Shown piece by piece: positions 51,301-64,000 of a stretch of 64,000 bases of DNA. The stretch is from Bugula neritina. Its lineage: Eukaryota; Animalia; Bryozoa. The stretch is taken from positions 19,952,767 to 20,016,766 of the forward strand of contig OZ037766.1 of assembly GCA_964035545.1 (NCBI GenBank), given 5' to 3'. Made by a program: the position numbers and the translations under genes. The notes under the pieces are model-generated. The model was not told the DNA's origin. It worked only from the letters and a program-made list of their open reading frames with translations, and searched no databases. The first letter of the stretch is position 1; each line of letters begins with the position of its first letter.

Positions 51301-54300
51301 CTGCTACCGGTTTGTTCTTTTCAATCCCAAGTAGTTTCCGAATAGAGTCTAGTAATCAGTAAATAGAGCATATATGATGCTTATACCATAATATTATGTA
51401 AGAAAATACCAAAAAAATATGAGAAGTAAAACTATAGTAGCCATATAAGCTGAATATACCAAGCAAGCTTATCATAAAATGCTTACCTGGGAGTGTCCTT
51501 AGACATTTATGGCTGTGAAGATATTCTTTCATCAGTTGCAGGCTCCCCTTTGTGCACAGCTTCTCTCTCATAACAATACCAGCTGTGTTATTCAAATCTA
51601 AATTTAAATATAGATATATTTATAATTCAACTCACTAGTGTAAACTAATGACTGTCAAGTTTGAATACTTTCGAGTTTCGTAAATAAGTTATTCCATTAT
51701 ATTAATGCGAGAAGATAAAACTGTAACATTATAGATTGTGCGTGTGTGTGTGTGTGGCTAAATATGTTTGAAAAATATCACATATTGCAAGAGCTTCTTG
51801 TCATCTTCAAAACTTTTTTAGAGTTTCACGATTCTTAACAGCAAAAAACAGGAATGTGTAGCACTCTTTAGTTTTTAAACAGACAATAGTGTCTGTGCGA
51901 AAAATTGTACAGGCATGCTTTCATCATGGCAACTACTTCACAAACTAACAATTAAAATAAACATTGATAAACATACACATGCAAATGCAAATTACTTGGG
52001 AAGTCATTTTATATAAATGCATTACCAAATCATGTATCATTAAATCGATATCCAACCTGGGTGAATACTTAATGCATAAGCAGCATCTATTGTCAGCCTG
52101 TCTATTGAAATCAAACCAGTTTCACTAGTGGACAGTAAAGCGGCTATCTTGTTCTCTGTGAACAGCTGGCTACACGTAGATTTGTTTGTTTGTGAAGACA
52201 GTTTGAAGTAAGTTTCAATTTTATTATTTTCACCTATAAGAAATGGAAATGCTGAAAAAATGGGCATAATTTTTGTGAATTTCTTGCAATTAATCTCCAA
52301 GGAAAAGCCAATTTGTAGATATCTCCAAGGAATACTCCATATTTGTAGATATCATCATCTCGTACACTAAAGGTCCAAACACACTTGAGGCAAAACTGAT
52401 GTGAAATGTTGTGCAAAGTTTAATTACAAAAACGTCTGTAGTTGAGAAGGTATTCATTTCTTTGTAAAACACAAACAAAGCAAATTGCATGTTTTAGTAC
52501 TTTTTAATTGGATAAACATGTTTTAACTAGTTGTAATAATTTAACTCAGCTGTAGTTAAAATGACGGTACCAAATTACCCCTCCTTCATCTAGACCCTAA
52601 ATTACATATTTCCCAGAAGTTTTCATTTCTGCACAGAATTTGTGTAGAACCTGCACATTCACTATGATGCCTGCTTATAAATGCATAAAATCTGATCTCA
52701 TGACAGCTTCACTACTCTGTTGAGTCTCCTAATTTTAACTTTTAATTGAATGTCTTGTGTTTAATAATCATTATGATAAAAGTACTAATTTAGCTTTTTC
52801 ATAAAATCCTTTTTGCAGTAAATATTATCTAGATATTTACACATTTTACATTACATTTTATCTCCAGTTCATTACAATCATTATATTTTTTTTTAATTTT
52901 ATTATTTTCAGTTCTAATGTTTTTTATTTTGCCATTCAATATGTTTATTTTTTGTTTTGTAAATGTAGCTCTAGCAAAATTTTTGTATTCTTGTGGTGTA
53001 TCAAGGGTGATTTTTAGTATGATTTTAGCCCACTATAATAAATAACTATTTTTAGTTTTGAAAAGCTATTGGAGTATTGCAATACAACGAGCATACCACG
53101 CATGGCAAGAACGTCTTTCTCTCCTGATAACAATATTCTGTAAGAATGTGCATCCAGACTAGACTGTGCTTTGATAGGTGGTAGTAGGGATCCTTCAGAC
53201 CTCATCACAATGTTTACCAAGAGCTGATCAGAATCTGTGAGACTAGAAGTTTCCTTCACGGTGTCAACTTCAACATTTATGTTTGTCAGCTTCTGTAAAG
53301 CATGCAGTAAAATATTAATTGTTGTAATCATCAGTTTCCTTTAGACATTAAAATAGTTTGTGTTCCTATTATATAATACAATTATTAGTTTGTAAATGAG
53401 AATACATACAAGAAAGTCTTCTAAAGATTGATCTTTTCATGCAATTTATAGAAAATCTTGTAAAACTGATGAAGCAATGATAAAAATACTATCAGCAAGT
53501 ATGGAACCATGGGAGTAAGTTGCATGAAGGGCGAAGGGTGCAATGGCTTACAACCAGATTCCAATTGAGATGAGAAAATGATTTTTATTGATAAATCTTA
53601 TTAAAAAAAACCTAGGAGAGAAATGAAGTCATTTTATCTTGCCATAATGTGATTGAAGTTGAGTTTATCATGATTAAGGTAGGACTTCCATAGATATCTA
53701 CAGCTTTCAATAGCACAGTCCTGTGCATATTTAAGAAGTTCTTTTGCCTCATCTAGCTGCATGCTGTCAATAAGTAACCCTACCACCTCCTGGCTGAAGG
53801 TATATATTCTGCAACAGCTCTCTGGTAAGAGGTACTTCCAGATAAGTTCCTTTGCCAGTCGTATCCTGTTTATAACAACATTTGAAATATTCTTTCTACT
53901 TTATAAAAAAAATATTCTAAATGTTTCAAGACGTCCCATTTATGACCAAGAAGAACTTCCTAAGGCACGTTGATTGTAAAAAGATTATTCTTTTTACTTT
54001 ATATAAGGTTTATTTTCTTTTTATAAATACATGTGTCAATTCCCACTAAGAAGAATCTCTCGATTGGCATTAATTATTGTAAAAATCACCAATCTATGAT
54101 GATAAAGCAGATCAGAACTCTGATATTTTAATATAAATGTTACTTGTAAAATTTTTTCTGAGAAAAGTGATACAATGATAGTTTTCACTGGCAGTTTAAT
54201 GCTTAAAAAAGCTTAGTTCCTAAATCGAAAACTTTATGATGCTCAATTATTGCTTATTATAGTTGAAGTGTTCCAAACAAATCTTTCTATAACAAGCACT

Positions 54301-57300
54301 GGGGCTTCACCTGTTGCACACTCTATTTTAATGTCATAAAATTAGTACTTTGTTTACTGGGAGATTTCTAGGCATACATGCAATTCGCAATTTATGCATG
54401 TAGTCAAATTTAACAAATTAATTATACCTAACCTTGATTTACCTCATACTTTTAATTTCTGCAACTGTAGTTCTACTAGTGTGAAATTATTACGTAGTAA
54501 TAGAGCTTCAGCTAGCTGAACATGCCATTACTATTATCATGGTAAGCTAATTAGCCAATAAGAAGTGGGTATATGCGATGCTTATAGCAATGATAATTTA
54601 TCAGCTGATTTATTAGCATATTGAATTGTAAGTTTGACCTGTACATCTCAGAGAACTGCTCTTTTTCCACCAGGTTTATGTAAGTTTCCGTATCACACCA
54701 GAACATGTAGTTGTGCAGTTCATGTAGATTAGATTTCTCTAACAAGTATGATTTGAATGGAGATCCAGCACTTTGATCTGATATCAGACTCAACAGGTAG
54801 ATGCTGTGTCTCACTCTGTACGATTGTGGGCTAGTGGTATCATAACTCTAAATACAAACTGTTTATTTGTATAAATAGAAATTTTTCAATTATTTGGTAA
54901 ACTTTGTTTCAGTTAATATATATTTGCTCAGTAATTATATTGGCAACCACCAAACTATTCTATTTTTATATAGTAGTCATTGCAATATTTTAAACTTTTC
55001 CTTAATAAAGCAAGCTGTGCACAAAGGTGACAATAATACTCAAAATATTACAAATGAAAGGGCAAAAGTCATTTAACAAACTTTTTATATTTGCAATAGA
55101 GTCTTACTTGTATTATGTAGTTCCAGATGGTAATGTTTGGAGCAATTGTATACCCAACCTTACTGATATGTGAAGTACCATGGATCACTGGCAAAGCATC
55201 ACCTGCTGCTCTTTTAGCATCAGTGTTTTCCTTTAGATCTACTAGTAGTCTAGCTGTATCAGGATGAATAGGGCATAGATCTTCTTCTTTATCACTAGCA
55301 AGTGCTAGGTAGGCTGTATCTATAAGCAATAGATCTTCTCAATAAGTAAACACATGTAATGATTCATTAAAAGCTTTGAAAATTACCTTATTTGCACATA
55401 AGCGTATTTATCCTATTTATCATGCATATTTCTAACTAGGAAATAATTAAAAGCTTTTGATTATTATAGCTACAGGATTCAAAATTTTGAAAAATTAAAC
55501 ATTAGTATATTACTGGCTGTTTTTGAAAGATAAAATCTAATCAACTTAGAGTTTTATATTGACTTACATAAAGGTCACCAAAATTTACTCTAAAGTCTAA
55601 ACAAATAATTACTTATTTAGGTAAGATAGCTTTTAGTTTTGATGTAACAAGTCCATTCATGAGCTTCAATCAACTGCTAAAAAGCTATGCTGTAGCAACA
55701 GCAGAAGTCTGCACCTTTTTATTGTTACATACACACCTCGCTTTTCTTTAAACTCATCATGGTAATCTGTACGTGGTCTAAAAATAAATATAATTAGACA
55801 AAGGATGATATATGTGTGCAATTCTTAAAAAAATAAAAGATTTTTTTATATTTTGATGTTGTTATATATACGAATGCAGCTATTTCATCCTTCTCCAAAA
55901 CACTTATTATAGTAGCAGACCTCCATCAGCTATGTTTGACCTGTTATTGTATCCTATTATAGTTACCAAATTACAAAAGTTGCTATTGAAAATAGAGAAC
56001 TCACTAAATTACTGGGCTATTAATTATTTTAGACATTAAAATATCCTTTATGTATTCTATCATTGAAAGTAGCAAATGAGTCTGCTACCTATAAAAAGCT
56101 ATTACTCAAAAAAGCTCTAAATAGATCAATATATAAGAGATAATTTGCTGTAATGCGACATATATTTTGTTTACCATATTGTCTAATAATAATTTTACAT
56201 TTTATCTTTCACATTAAACATAGCAAATGCTGAAAATGAATTGAGTTACAACAATGAATGTAATTGCTAATTTTTTTTATTTTCAAGCCACTAATCCCAA
56301 TATGCTGTGTATCTTAATTGTAAGAAAACTTATTTTTACAAGATAAAACTAGACTCACTGTTCTTTGGTAGCAGTGTGAGTAGCAAGTGGTTTCTTGGAT
56401 TTTGGTTTCCACATACTAAGTTTCGGTACAGGTGAGTGTGGTCTCCAGGCATTAAATTTGGCTAATGCCACTCGATCTTTAAGTCTAGGCAAATAAATTA
56501 TATGATTTAAATAACACGTTGAATTAATAATGTCAGTATAACGTTTAGTAAACAGAAAAACTGTGCAACTGCGCACCAATTCACCACTTTATGGAAGGTT
56601 CAGCAAATTTATTTGTTCTTAAAGGTGTGGGTAAAACATCAATTTATTATTCATTTAGCTGTTGGATACAAATATTATTGGTATGAAAAAAAGTAGTTTC
56701 ATTCATAATGATAGGAGCTTCATAAATTACAGGAAATTTCAAACAATGGCATAATCACAAATACAATAAACTTTTGAAGCATAGAATAAGCGAACATTAT
56801 AATAATATTTGATAATTAAATCTCTACATATATGTTACAATTTTTTAGTCATAAGAAATTAGTTTTTTATTACTTATTATAATATATTCTTTAGATAGCA
56901 GATTATTTTTGTGTGTACGTTATTGTTTTAGTGATTAGCTATGTTCAACAGTAGCAGAAGGTTTTATTTACCCTATAATCTTCACACGACTTGTTTGCCA
57001 TAAAAATACTCATATAAATCAGCCATCTTACCCATCCATCTTTGAGGTTGGTCTAGACTTTTCAATATCCTTGAGAAGATCATCCGAGGAGTTGGCTTGG
57101 CGCATCCAAGAAAGAACTTTCAAGTTACTTTTGGCTACTTCTGCTTTTTCATGTACTGTAGCTGTCTTTGAAAGTTCTGGTCTGATTTTATCGTGGCGCT
57201 TTGTATCGGGAACAGCCTTTGAATATTTTGCTATTCTATTGCCTATAAATTGTTTAAGTAGTTACTGTGAAGGCAACAACTGAAGCTCATGAAAACTTTG

Positions 57301-58266
57301 TATAAAATAATTAGCTGTTATGATTGGTTCTCGCATCAAAATTTTCTTGAAACCAATGAAAAGTTGAAGGAGAACTTTTTCTACAAAACTAGAGTCAATT
57401 ATATCTCTATTCTATATGTTAGCTAAACACAATATATACTTCATACATTCAAAATGCAGTGCTTTCTAATTAAAAAGAAGTCTTATCACATATATCATTG
57501 TAAAAGACATCATAGCTTAATACAGAGTACATTATGCTTGCTGTTTACCAATTGCTACACTGCTGCTGTCACTCAGCATAGGTGAAGGTACAGGTGAAAA
57601 CTGCTTTACGGACTTTCTAGCTTCCTGTGGTTTAGCAAACTTTATTGAAGGCTTTATATCTTTTTTCTCAGAATTTTGGTCACTTTGAAAAAGCTATTTA
57701 AATAAACAATAATTACTCAAAATATAATAGTCAAGTATCAAGCAAATCTATTGCTGAACAATTCTCTTAATTTAATGACAATCAGCTAATTCATTCCTGC
57801 TACCTAAACAGAACAGCACTGAGATAGGTGAGAGGAGGTGAAAGTAGGTTAGGGTAGGTGAGGGTAGGTGAGAGTAGATGAGGGTAGGTGAAGGTAGGTT
57901 AGGGTAGGTGAAGGTAGGTGAGAGTAGTTGAAGGTAGGTGAGGGTAGGTGAAGGTAGGTGAAAGTAGGTGAGGAAAGGTGAAGGTAGGTGAAGGTAGGTT
58001 AGGGTAGGTGAAGGTAGGTGAGAGTAGGTGAAGGTAGGTGAGGGTAGGTGAGAGTAGGTGAAGGTAGGTGAGGGTAGGTGATGGGAGGTGAGGGGAGGTG
58101 AGGGAAGAACTGTCAGCTAATTTATTAATCACACCAAAATGTGTCATTCATTTGCTATCGTGTTACATATGCACTTTTATTTTGTAATTAATATGTAGAA
58201 TAGAATTTATGTTTACATGAATAGATAATTATAGATTTTCATTGTTTATTATACATTTCAATGTTA

Positions 58267-58298
<32 letters not shown>

Positions 58299-58382
58299 AC
58301 GCACACGCACACGCACACACACACACACTCGCACACACGCACACGCACACACACACGCACACGCACACACACACACACACAC

Positions 58383-58420
<38 letters not shown>

Positions 58421-61400
58421 GCACGCACACACACACACGCACACACATGCAGAAGAGTATGTTATACCTGACTGTCAGTGACTGATTTTATATTTTTGGA
58501 GTTCTCGGAGACAACAGTGTGCGGTTTCACATATTTGACATTGCGCTTTTCATCTAAAATTTTAAATCTAAATACTTAATTCTAGTAATCATACTAAAAA
58601 TTACGTATAGGGAAATGATATTTTAAGACAGGGCATTAATCAGCTATATACATGCCACTAATTTTTTTTATTGAAATAATATTCACTTTTCTTTAGTTTG
58701 GAAGAAAAATTTTAGTTACAAAACAAAATCAGCATTTCTCAAACAAGTTAGAAGTCGTCTTAATAAAAAAATGTATGTGTATTTCAACTTATTGACATCT
58801 AAAGAAGCATTGTAAATTCAATCTCCTAATCATCTATAGTAATAATAGAGATCAGTGCTATTGTCGCTAGCATTGTCATGTTGAGTATTCACTAAAGTCA
58901 ATGTAACTACAGTTAAATGTTTAAAAGTACTAATGATTGAAAATCACTTCAACTTAATTCAATAATTTGGCATTAATTATTTTAACTATTTTATGCATTT
59001 AATGAGCAAGTGTTGAATATTTATTATATGTTATTATATACTCAAATCACTTACAGGTTATTGGAGCTCCGTGAAATTCAGCAAAACGCTTTCTATCTTC
59101 CTCATTTAGTATATAAGCAGCGTCATTGCCCACAGTTTGCACAAGCTTGACAGATTCTCTCTGAATTGAAATGCTGCTAGAGTGGGAAGTACTTGCCCAT
59201 GTGTCAAAGTATCGAGAAGAGTGTACAGGTCGCTCGTCAAACTGAGCTGGTTTTCTTAGAGGCAATGTTGAAGCTATAGACAACTTCTTCTGTCTTAATA
59301 AATCAGTTTTCAGTGACAATGAATTATCTGCTCTTGTTTTGACGGCAAGCTTAGCCGCAGAAGCTCTCTGGAAAGAGTGAGTTTGATGTGTGGCAGGTAT
59401 GTATTAATGTATTGTATGTATTAATATATTGTATGTATTAATGTGTGTTATATGTGAATGTAACTGTATGCTTTACTTTGGTAGAAATACAGGTTTATTA
59501 TATTGTTCTATTGAACTACAAACTTGTGTTTTATAGGGATAGCAAAACAAACTTGGACTCAGTCATTGTGCAGACAGCTAACTTGTATAATATTCATATA
59601 TGCTATAACTAATATAGAGATGGCATGTTCATGTTATAAAGCTAGCTTACAGCAGCTAACACTCCTGCTATGCTGAAAAAGTTATGCCTGTTTGACGTCT
59701 CGCTCCCTTTCAAAGATGTAGAAGTGTTTCTTCTTCCTTGAACCTTGGATTCCACTTCTGCAGACTAACGAAACAGCATCAACAATCAATAACTAATAAG
59801 ACATGATTCTTGTATTGAAAAATCAATTTTGTGAATAATTTTTATGTGTATATAGAGTATTCATATACCTTCTGAACAAATGGGTTGGTAGGTGATAAAC
59901 TTGATCTTAGCATTATCTTTGTTTTAGCTTCGTCTAGAGAAGGCTCACTGTTTCTAGGAGATCTAGTTGTAGCTTACATTACCAAATAATAAAATATGGT
60001 AAAGTTAAGCTGTTGGTTGGTTTTATATGTAATGATATGTCTTTTAATAAATCAGTTTGCTAATAGAATTTTATCCTGTTAATAGTGAAGTTATATCAGA
60101 AAATTCCAAATATATATATGCAATGTCCATCCCTGATTTGTCATAAATAAAAGCATCTTGTGGATTGTAAGTTTTTGCACAACATCCAGGATAATTGATA
60201 ACAATTAATATGTTTAATATATATAAAATAAATGTATGGTTTAATATATAAAATAAAACTGATTTAAATATTTAATACTACAAGCAGTTATTGAAAATTA
60301 GCATCAGCTCTATTTTGTAATGATAGCTTGCAAATCATTACGTCTATAGATTGAAAATTGACATATAATTACACAATGACCCTTATTCATGCAGCAATAA
60401 AAACAATATTTATGTAACTCCAATAACACCAGCCACGCATGTCAGTACAACCAGCAGCTGTAGCAAATTATTATTTACAGAAAACCACAAAAAAGAAGCA
60501 GTTTGAAGCTCACAATAATAAGGATTAGTTTTATGGCTTTAGAAACAGTATATGCCAGAGTGTTTTTGTTTCCAATGGATAGAAATTTTACTTTATAAAA
60601 TATGCAAAAATAAAAGCTTTAATAATATAAATTAGTATTTTTTTACTTATAAAACAGAAAGATGTGTGATCTAAAAGCCTTCAGTAGAGTTTAAAGCTTT
60701 AATAAGTCCCTTATTCTATCTCTGCAATAGGTCAACTTTTGTAGCTCATGCTTGTCTCATATATAACATTTTTGCTTGTCAAACTTTTGCATTGCAAGTA
60801 AACATTGAAGGAATTATAGTACTAAAACTTACATATATACGTCTTTAATGGCAGCTCTCATCAAATATAAAGTACTTACATGTTTTATCAACGCTGCTCC
60901 GTCGTCTTTCTTTCCGACTTGTGTCAGATAAAACACTTTTTCTATGTACTTTAGCTCTTTTTTCTGTAATAAAATCAATTTTATAATATATAAAATGAAA
61001 TATTATTCAACATTTATTGATTTACACACCTTAAATAAACATTGCAAAATATGAACATTACACCTATCACTTGTCTCTTTGTAGATAACAGTTGCCTTCT
61101 CTAAGGAGTATATACTGTATTTCAGATCTATACCCAATCAAGCAAGAAGTTGGTGTTAAGCTTTGAATGCCTGCTAAAAATTCTAGAGTACAACCATGTT
61201 AATTGAAAGTTTAGGAAGTATATAGGTAAGTTTACAGGTGTAAGATTTACCTCTGACTGGTTTTGCATCATTCATGTCTTCAGAAGGAGGAGGGGGAACA
61301 TTAGTATCAGGTCTGCAACAAGTAATAATGCTAATAGAATAACAAATACTAATGTTGCACTATGTTAAAAGTGCTATCAACCTTTGTAATTTACTGCCAT

Positions 61401-63765
61401 GCTTCAACAAATTACATTCTGAGAAAAATTACATTCAAACAGAGGGTTTGTTTTGCAGAATTTTGCAGCAATTTTTGTGGGCTTAATTTAAAGACAACTT
61501 CATTTAGTAAACTGTAAAGAAACTTGCTTATTATAGATCACTTCCTATTGATCGTACAGCATTGTTAATGTTGCTGTTGCTGCTACTGTTACTGCAGTAA
61601 CAGTAGCAGCAACATCTGATTAACAATGTTACCGTTATTTTTACTAAATTACTACTAGTAACATAAAGAAGTTTAACATCTCGACGATCTATCTACTTAC
61701 AAGTCTGATTCAACTGTTGCTTTTGTTTCTTTTGTACTGTTGGCACCTTTAGAAATTTTTTGCCACTTCTTAAAGCCTGTCTGTAGAGTGAAAATCATGT
61801 TTATATTTTTAGCTGGGGTTAATTTCAACTCCTGTAAAGTTAAACGAAAATATTATACGATTATATAAGTAATGCATAACCAGCCTCACGACTGTAGTAT
61901 ATATTGTTATACGTCGTAGGAGATAAATTTTGCAGACAGCAAATTTTATGATACATGTTGAAGTCTGAGTCCGGGAAGCTGCCACAGTCTAGAGGTTAAA
62001 GCGCTGGCTTAGTAAACACAAAGTCATGAGTTCAAACCCCAGTAAAAGCCGTTGGTAATGTTAAAAAGATCATCCAGTCATAATTGCTCCTGTGCCATGT
62101 ATGAATAAGCCCTTAGCCAACTTTAAAAACCCTTTCTGTCAGGGGTTCTCAGAGGGATAGTGACTATAAGCTTGCGTTAGTTTTTTATTGAAATCTGCAC
62201 CCCAGTGTAAAATGGTGTACAAATTATCTATAATGCATGCTAATATTATACGAGTATATACCATTAGTTAATAAATATTCATATATCATTTTCATAATTT
62301 AAAAGCATTAGTCTAAAATCTAAATTAAAAAATATAATCTAAAATAATTTGATAAATTTCTTTCCAAGTCAGGCAGTTATTTCACAAACATTTAAGAATC
62401 AAATTATATTGATTGAAGGCAACCAACTGTCATATAACCTTTTGTATATTTGAACATGGATAATTGTTTAATCTTGATTTTCTTTCAATTTTGAATTTTG
62501 TAGCCACTTTCAAACATTACAATTTCTTGGATTATTAACTATTTATTTGTTTATTAATTATGTTGTTTTAGCTGCGCTAAAAATGATTATTTCACAATTT
62601 GTTGGTCTAAAAGTTACTATACCAACTAAGCATAATAAGCTCAGCATACTCTACTACTACATACGAAGAGATTTTACTAGCTTGGGCATTATTTAGAGAA
62701 AAACTGGAGCAGCAAATGCAAATATTAACCTATTTGCTGCATCTAATGGAGACATGCTTATTATTTTCATAAAAATATGCACTAGCTCAAAAACTGTAAA
62801 AATGTAGGAGTTTTCCTTAACTTTCAAGTTACCTTATACTGATTTCCATCATTTTGCTGATTCTGTATAGGGAGAGTAGAGATGTGAGACAATTGATTGC
62901 TCATTTCATCAGCTGTTGAACTCTACAATAACAGCCAAGCTCTAAGTCTATCACAGTAGGTATGCCAGTCAACTGCATAATTAGTTCTCTTACTTTTATT
63001 AGAAAACAGTCCACCTGTAAACCTACATATGATTATGTAATATATTGTTGTTTATATACATACATAGTAATATCATTATCTAGAAACATTTGGTAAAATC
63101 TAAAAGCTATAGTCATGCAAGTTTAAGTTAAAAAAGAATATTAACTAATAGTCTTGATGAAGCTGTTTAATCAAATCAAAGTGAATGTTGTAAAATATGG
63201 AGAATCGTGTAACTAAATTGTGGAATCATATATCTACCCAGGTATTGCTTACTGCAATACTGCTATAATAATTTACAGAGAGAAAATGTAGTGCTCTAGC
63301 AGCATATAAAGCATATGGCTAAAATAGATGATTTTATTCCTTTAATTTAGAATTCTTCAAACACAGAGAAACTTTATATTATGTTTTGACTTCATATTTT
63401 ATGACTAATGAAAGGAAGAGCAAAATATTATTGTTTTTCATAATAGTAATATGCTCTATGTAATATGACACGTTTCATAGTCAACATGTCATATCTTACT
63501 GCCAGAATGCTGTATATAATACAGTTCAGCTAACAGTGATCATAAATTTCCTACTTTGCAAATTAAACAATTAAACAATCAAATTAAACATTAGCACTTA
63601 GTGACCTGTTATTTAGCACAATAACATAGTTGATTGTGTTGATTATGACAGTATCGGGAAATACAGCAATGCATGTTACCAATTCTAGTTGACTTGATGT
63701 TGCTAAATCTAGTTGTCCTTCCTCAGTTTTTAATCTTTCCTCCAAAGTATCTGCTTTTATTTGTA
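42338..63765 (-). CDS. Multi-exon gene: RGS-homology domain protein, RGS22/RGSL1-like (5' end probably beyond window)
   Basis: About 30 GT-AG exons, phase-consistent where I checked them; boundaries approximate: 63765-63680, 62922-62833, 61780-61701, 61312-61251, ~60963-60880, ~59764-59651, ~59367-59056, ~57243-57032, ~55338-55109, ~54847-54639, ~53866-53640, ~53292-53098, ~52234-52057, ~49490-49302, ~48243-48126, ~47240-47174, ~46458-46274, 46009-45781, 44974-44836, ~44013-43889, ~43556-43432, ~42505-42338. RGS-like segments: [32 protein letters not shown]; [21 protein letters not shown]; [17 protein letters not shown]|[23 protein letters not shown]. Long Ser/Lys-rich N-terminal part. Confidence 0.78.
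44115..44321 (-). mobile_element. tRNA-derived SINE (best-preserved head), intronic
   Basis: Head GGAGCAGCCGTGGTCTAGGGGTTAGAGCG (A box) ... GGTTCGAACC (B box), then a body shared with two other copies. Confidence 0.85.
47671..48146. repeat. 36-bp minisatellite, ~13 copies, overlapping an exon 3' end
   Basis: Unit TACTATGATATGCTGACACCTACCAGTGATGGTCAA. Confidence 0.97.
50106..50189. repeat. ~84-bp near-perfect palindrome (intronic)
   Basis: AATCTTAATACTTTGTTTTAAATCTAGATCAAACAGTACAA-TG-TTGTACTTTTTGATCTGAATTTAAAACAAAGTTTTAAGATT. Confidence 0.9.
57823..58102. repeat. 10-bp tandem repeat (AGGGTAGGTG/AAGGTAGGTG)n
   Basis: Direct observation, ~28 units. Confidence 0.95.
58268..58446. repeat. (CA)n/(CACACG)n compound microsatellite
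   Basis: Direct observation. Confidence 0.97.
61560..61628. repeat. Perfect 40-bp palindrome (61575-61614) with outer 10-bp arms
   Basis: TGTTGCTGCTACTGTTACTG|CAGTAACAGTAGCAGCAACA; outer CATTGTTAAT/ATTAACAATG. Confidence 0.92.
61974..62230 (+). mobile_element. tRNA-derived SINE copy
   Basis: Homologous to 44115-44321 and 14773-15010; B-box-like AGTTCAAACC. Confidence 0.8.
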
Positions 63766-63903
63766 CTAAAATGCAAAGACCTTAGAAATAGCAAGTGTGT
63801 ATAAAACTTACCATATTATTATACCATATGCTATGAATATTCAATACAACTAAAGAAGAGGTTCCAATTTTATAAGCATGCACTTAGTGACTCTAGCTGT
63901 TTC

Positions 63904-63907
<4 letters not shown>

Positions 63908-63988
<81 letters not shown>
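63908..63988. repeat. (TA)n microsatellite
   Basis: Direct observation. Confidence 0.97.
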
Positions 63989-63992
<4 letters not shown>

Positions 63993-64000
63993 GACAATTA

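Overview
Eukaryotic (metazoan, invertebrate-like) AT-rich genomic DNA with GT-AG introns; nothing here looks prokaryotic. Two host genes lie on the minus strand. (1) A six-exon gene (11812->382, 842 aa by my manual splice reconstruction) encodes an N-terminal CABIT-like domain, Tyr/Pro adaptor motifs and a C-terminal SAM-like domain, i.e. a GAREM/THEMIS-type signalling adaptor. (2) A gene of roughly 30 exons (>63765->42338, 5' end probably outside the window) encodes several RGS-homology segments and is RGS22/RGSL1-like. Between them (~13-42 kb) is a dense field of decayed, truncated mobile elements: two CR1/L2-group LINEs, three Ty3/Gypsy LTR elements, Penelope and piggyBac fragments, two MITEs and tRNA-derived SINEs. 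Interleaved with these are repeated degenerate copies of an unidentified spliced gene module. The most notable observations are that unidentified module, a 36-bp minisatellite made from an exon/splice-donor junction of the RGS gene, an extra ORF region in one Gypsy element, and intronic palindromes. All family assignments come from motif recognition by eye; no database search was run.
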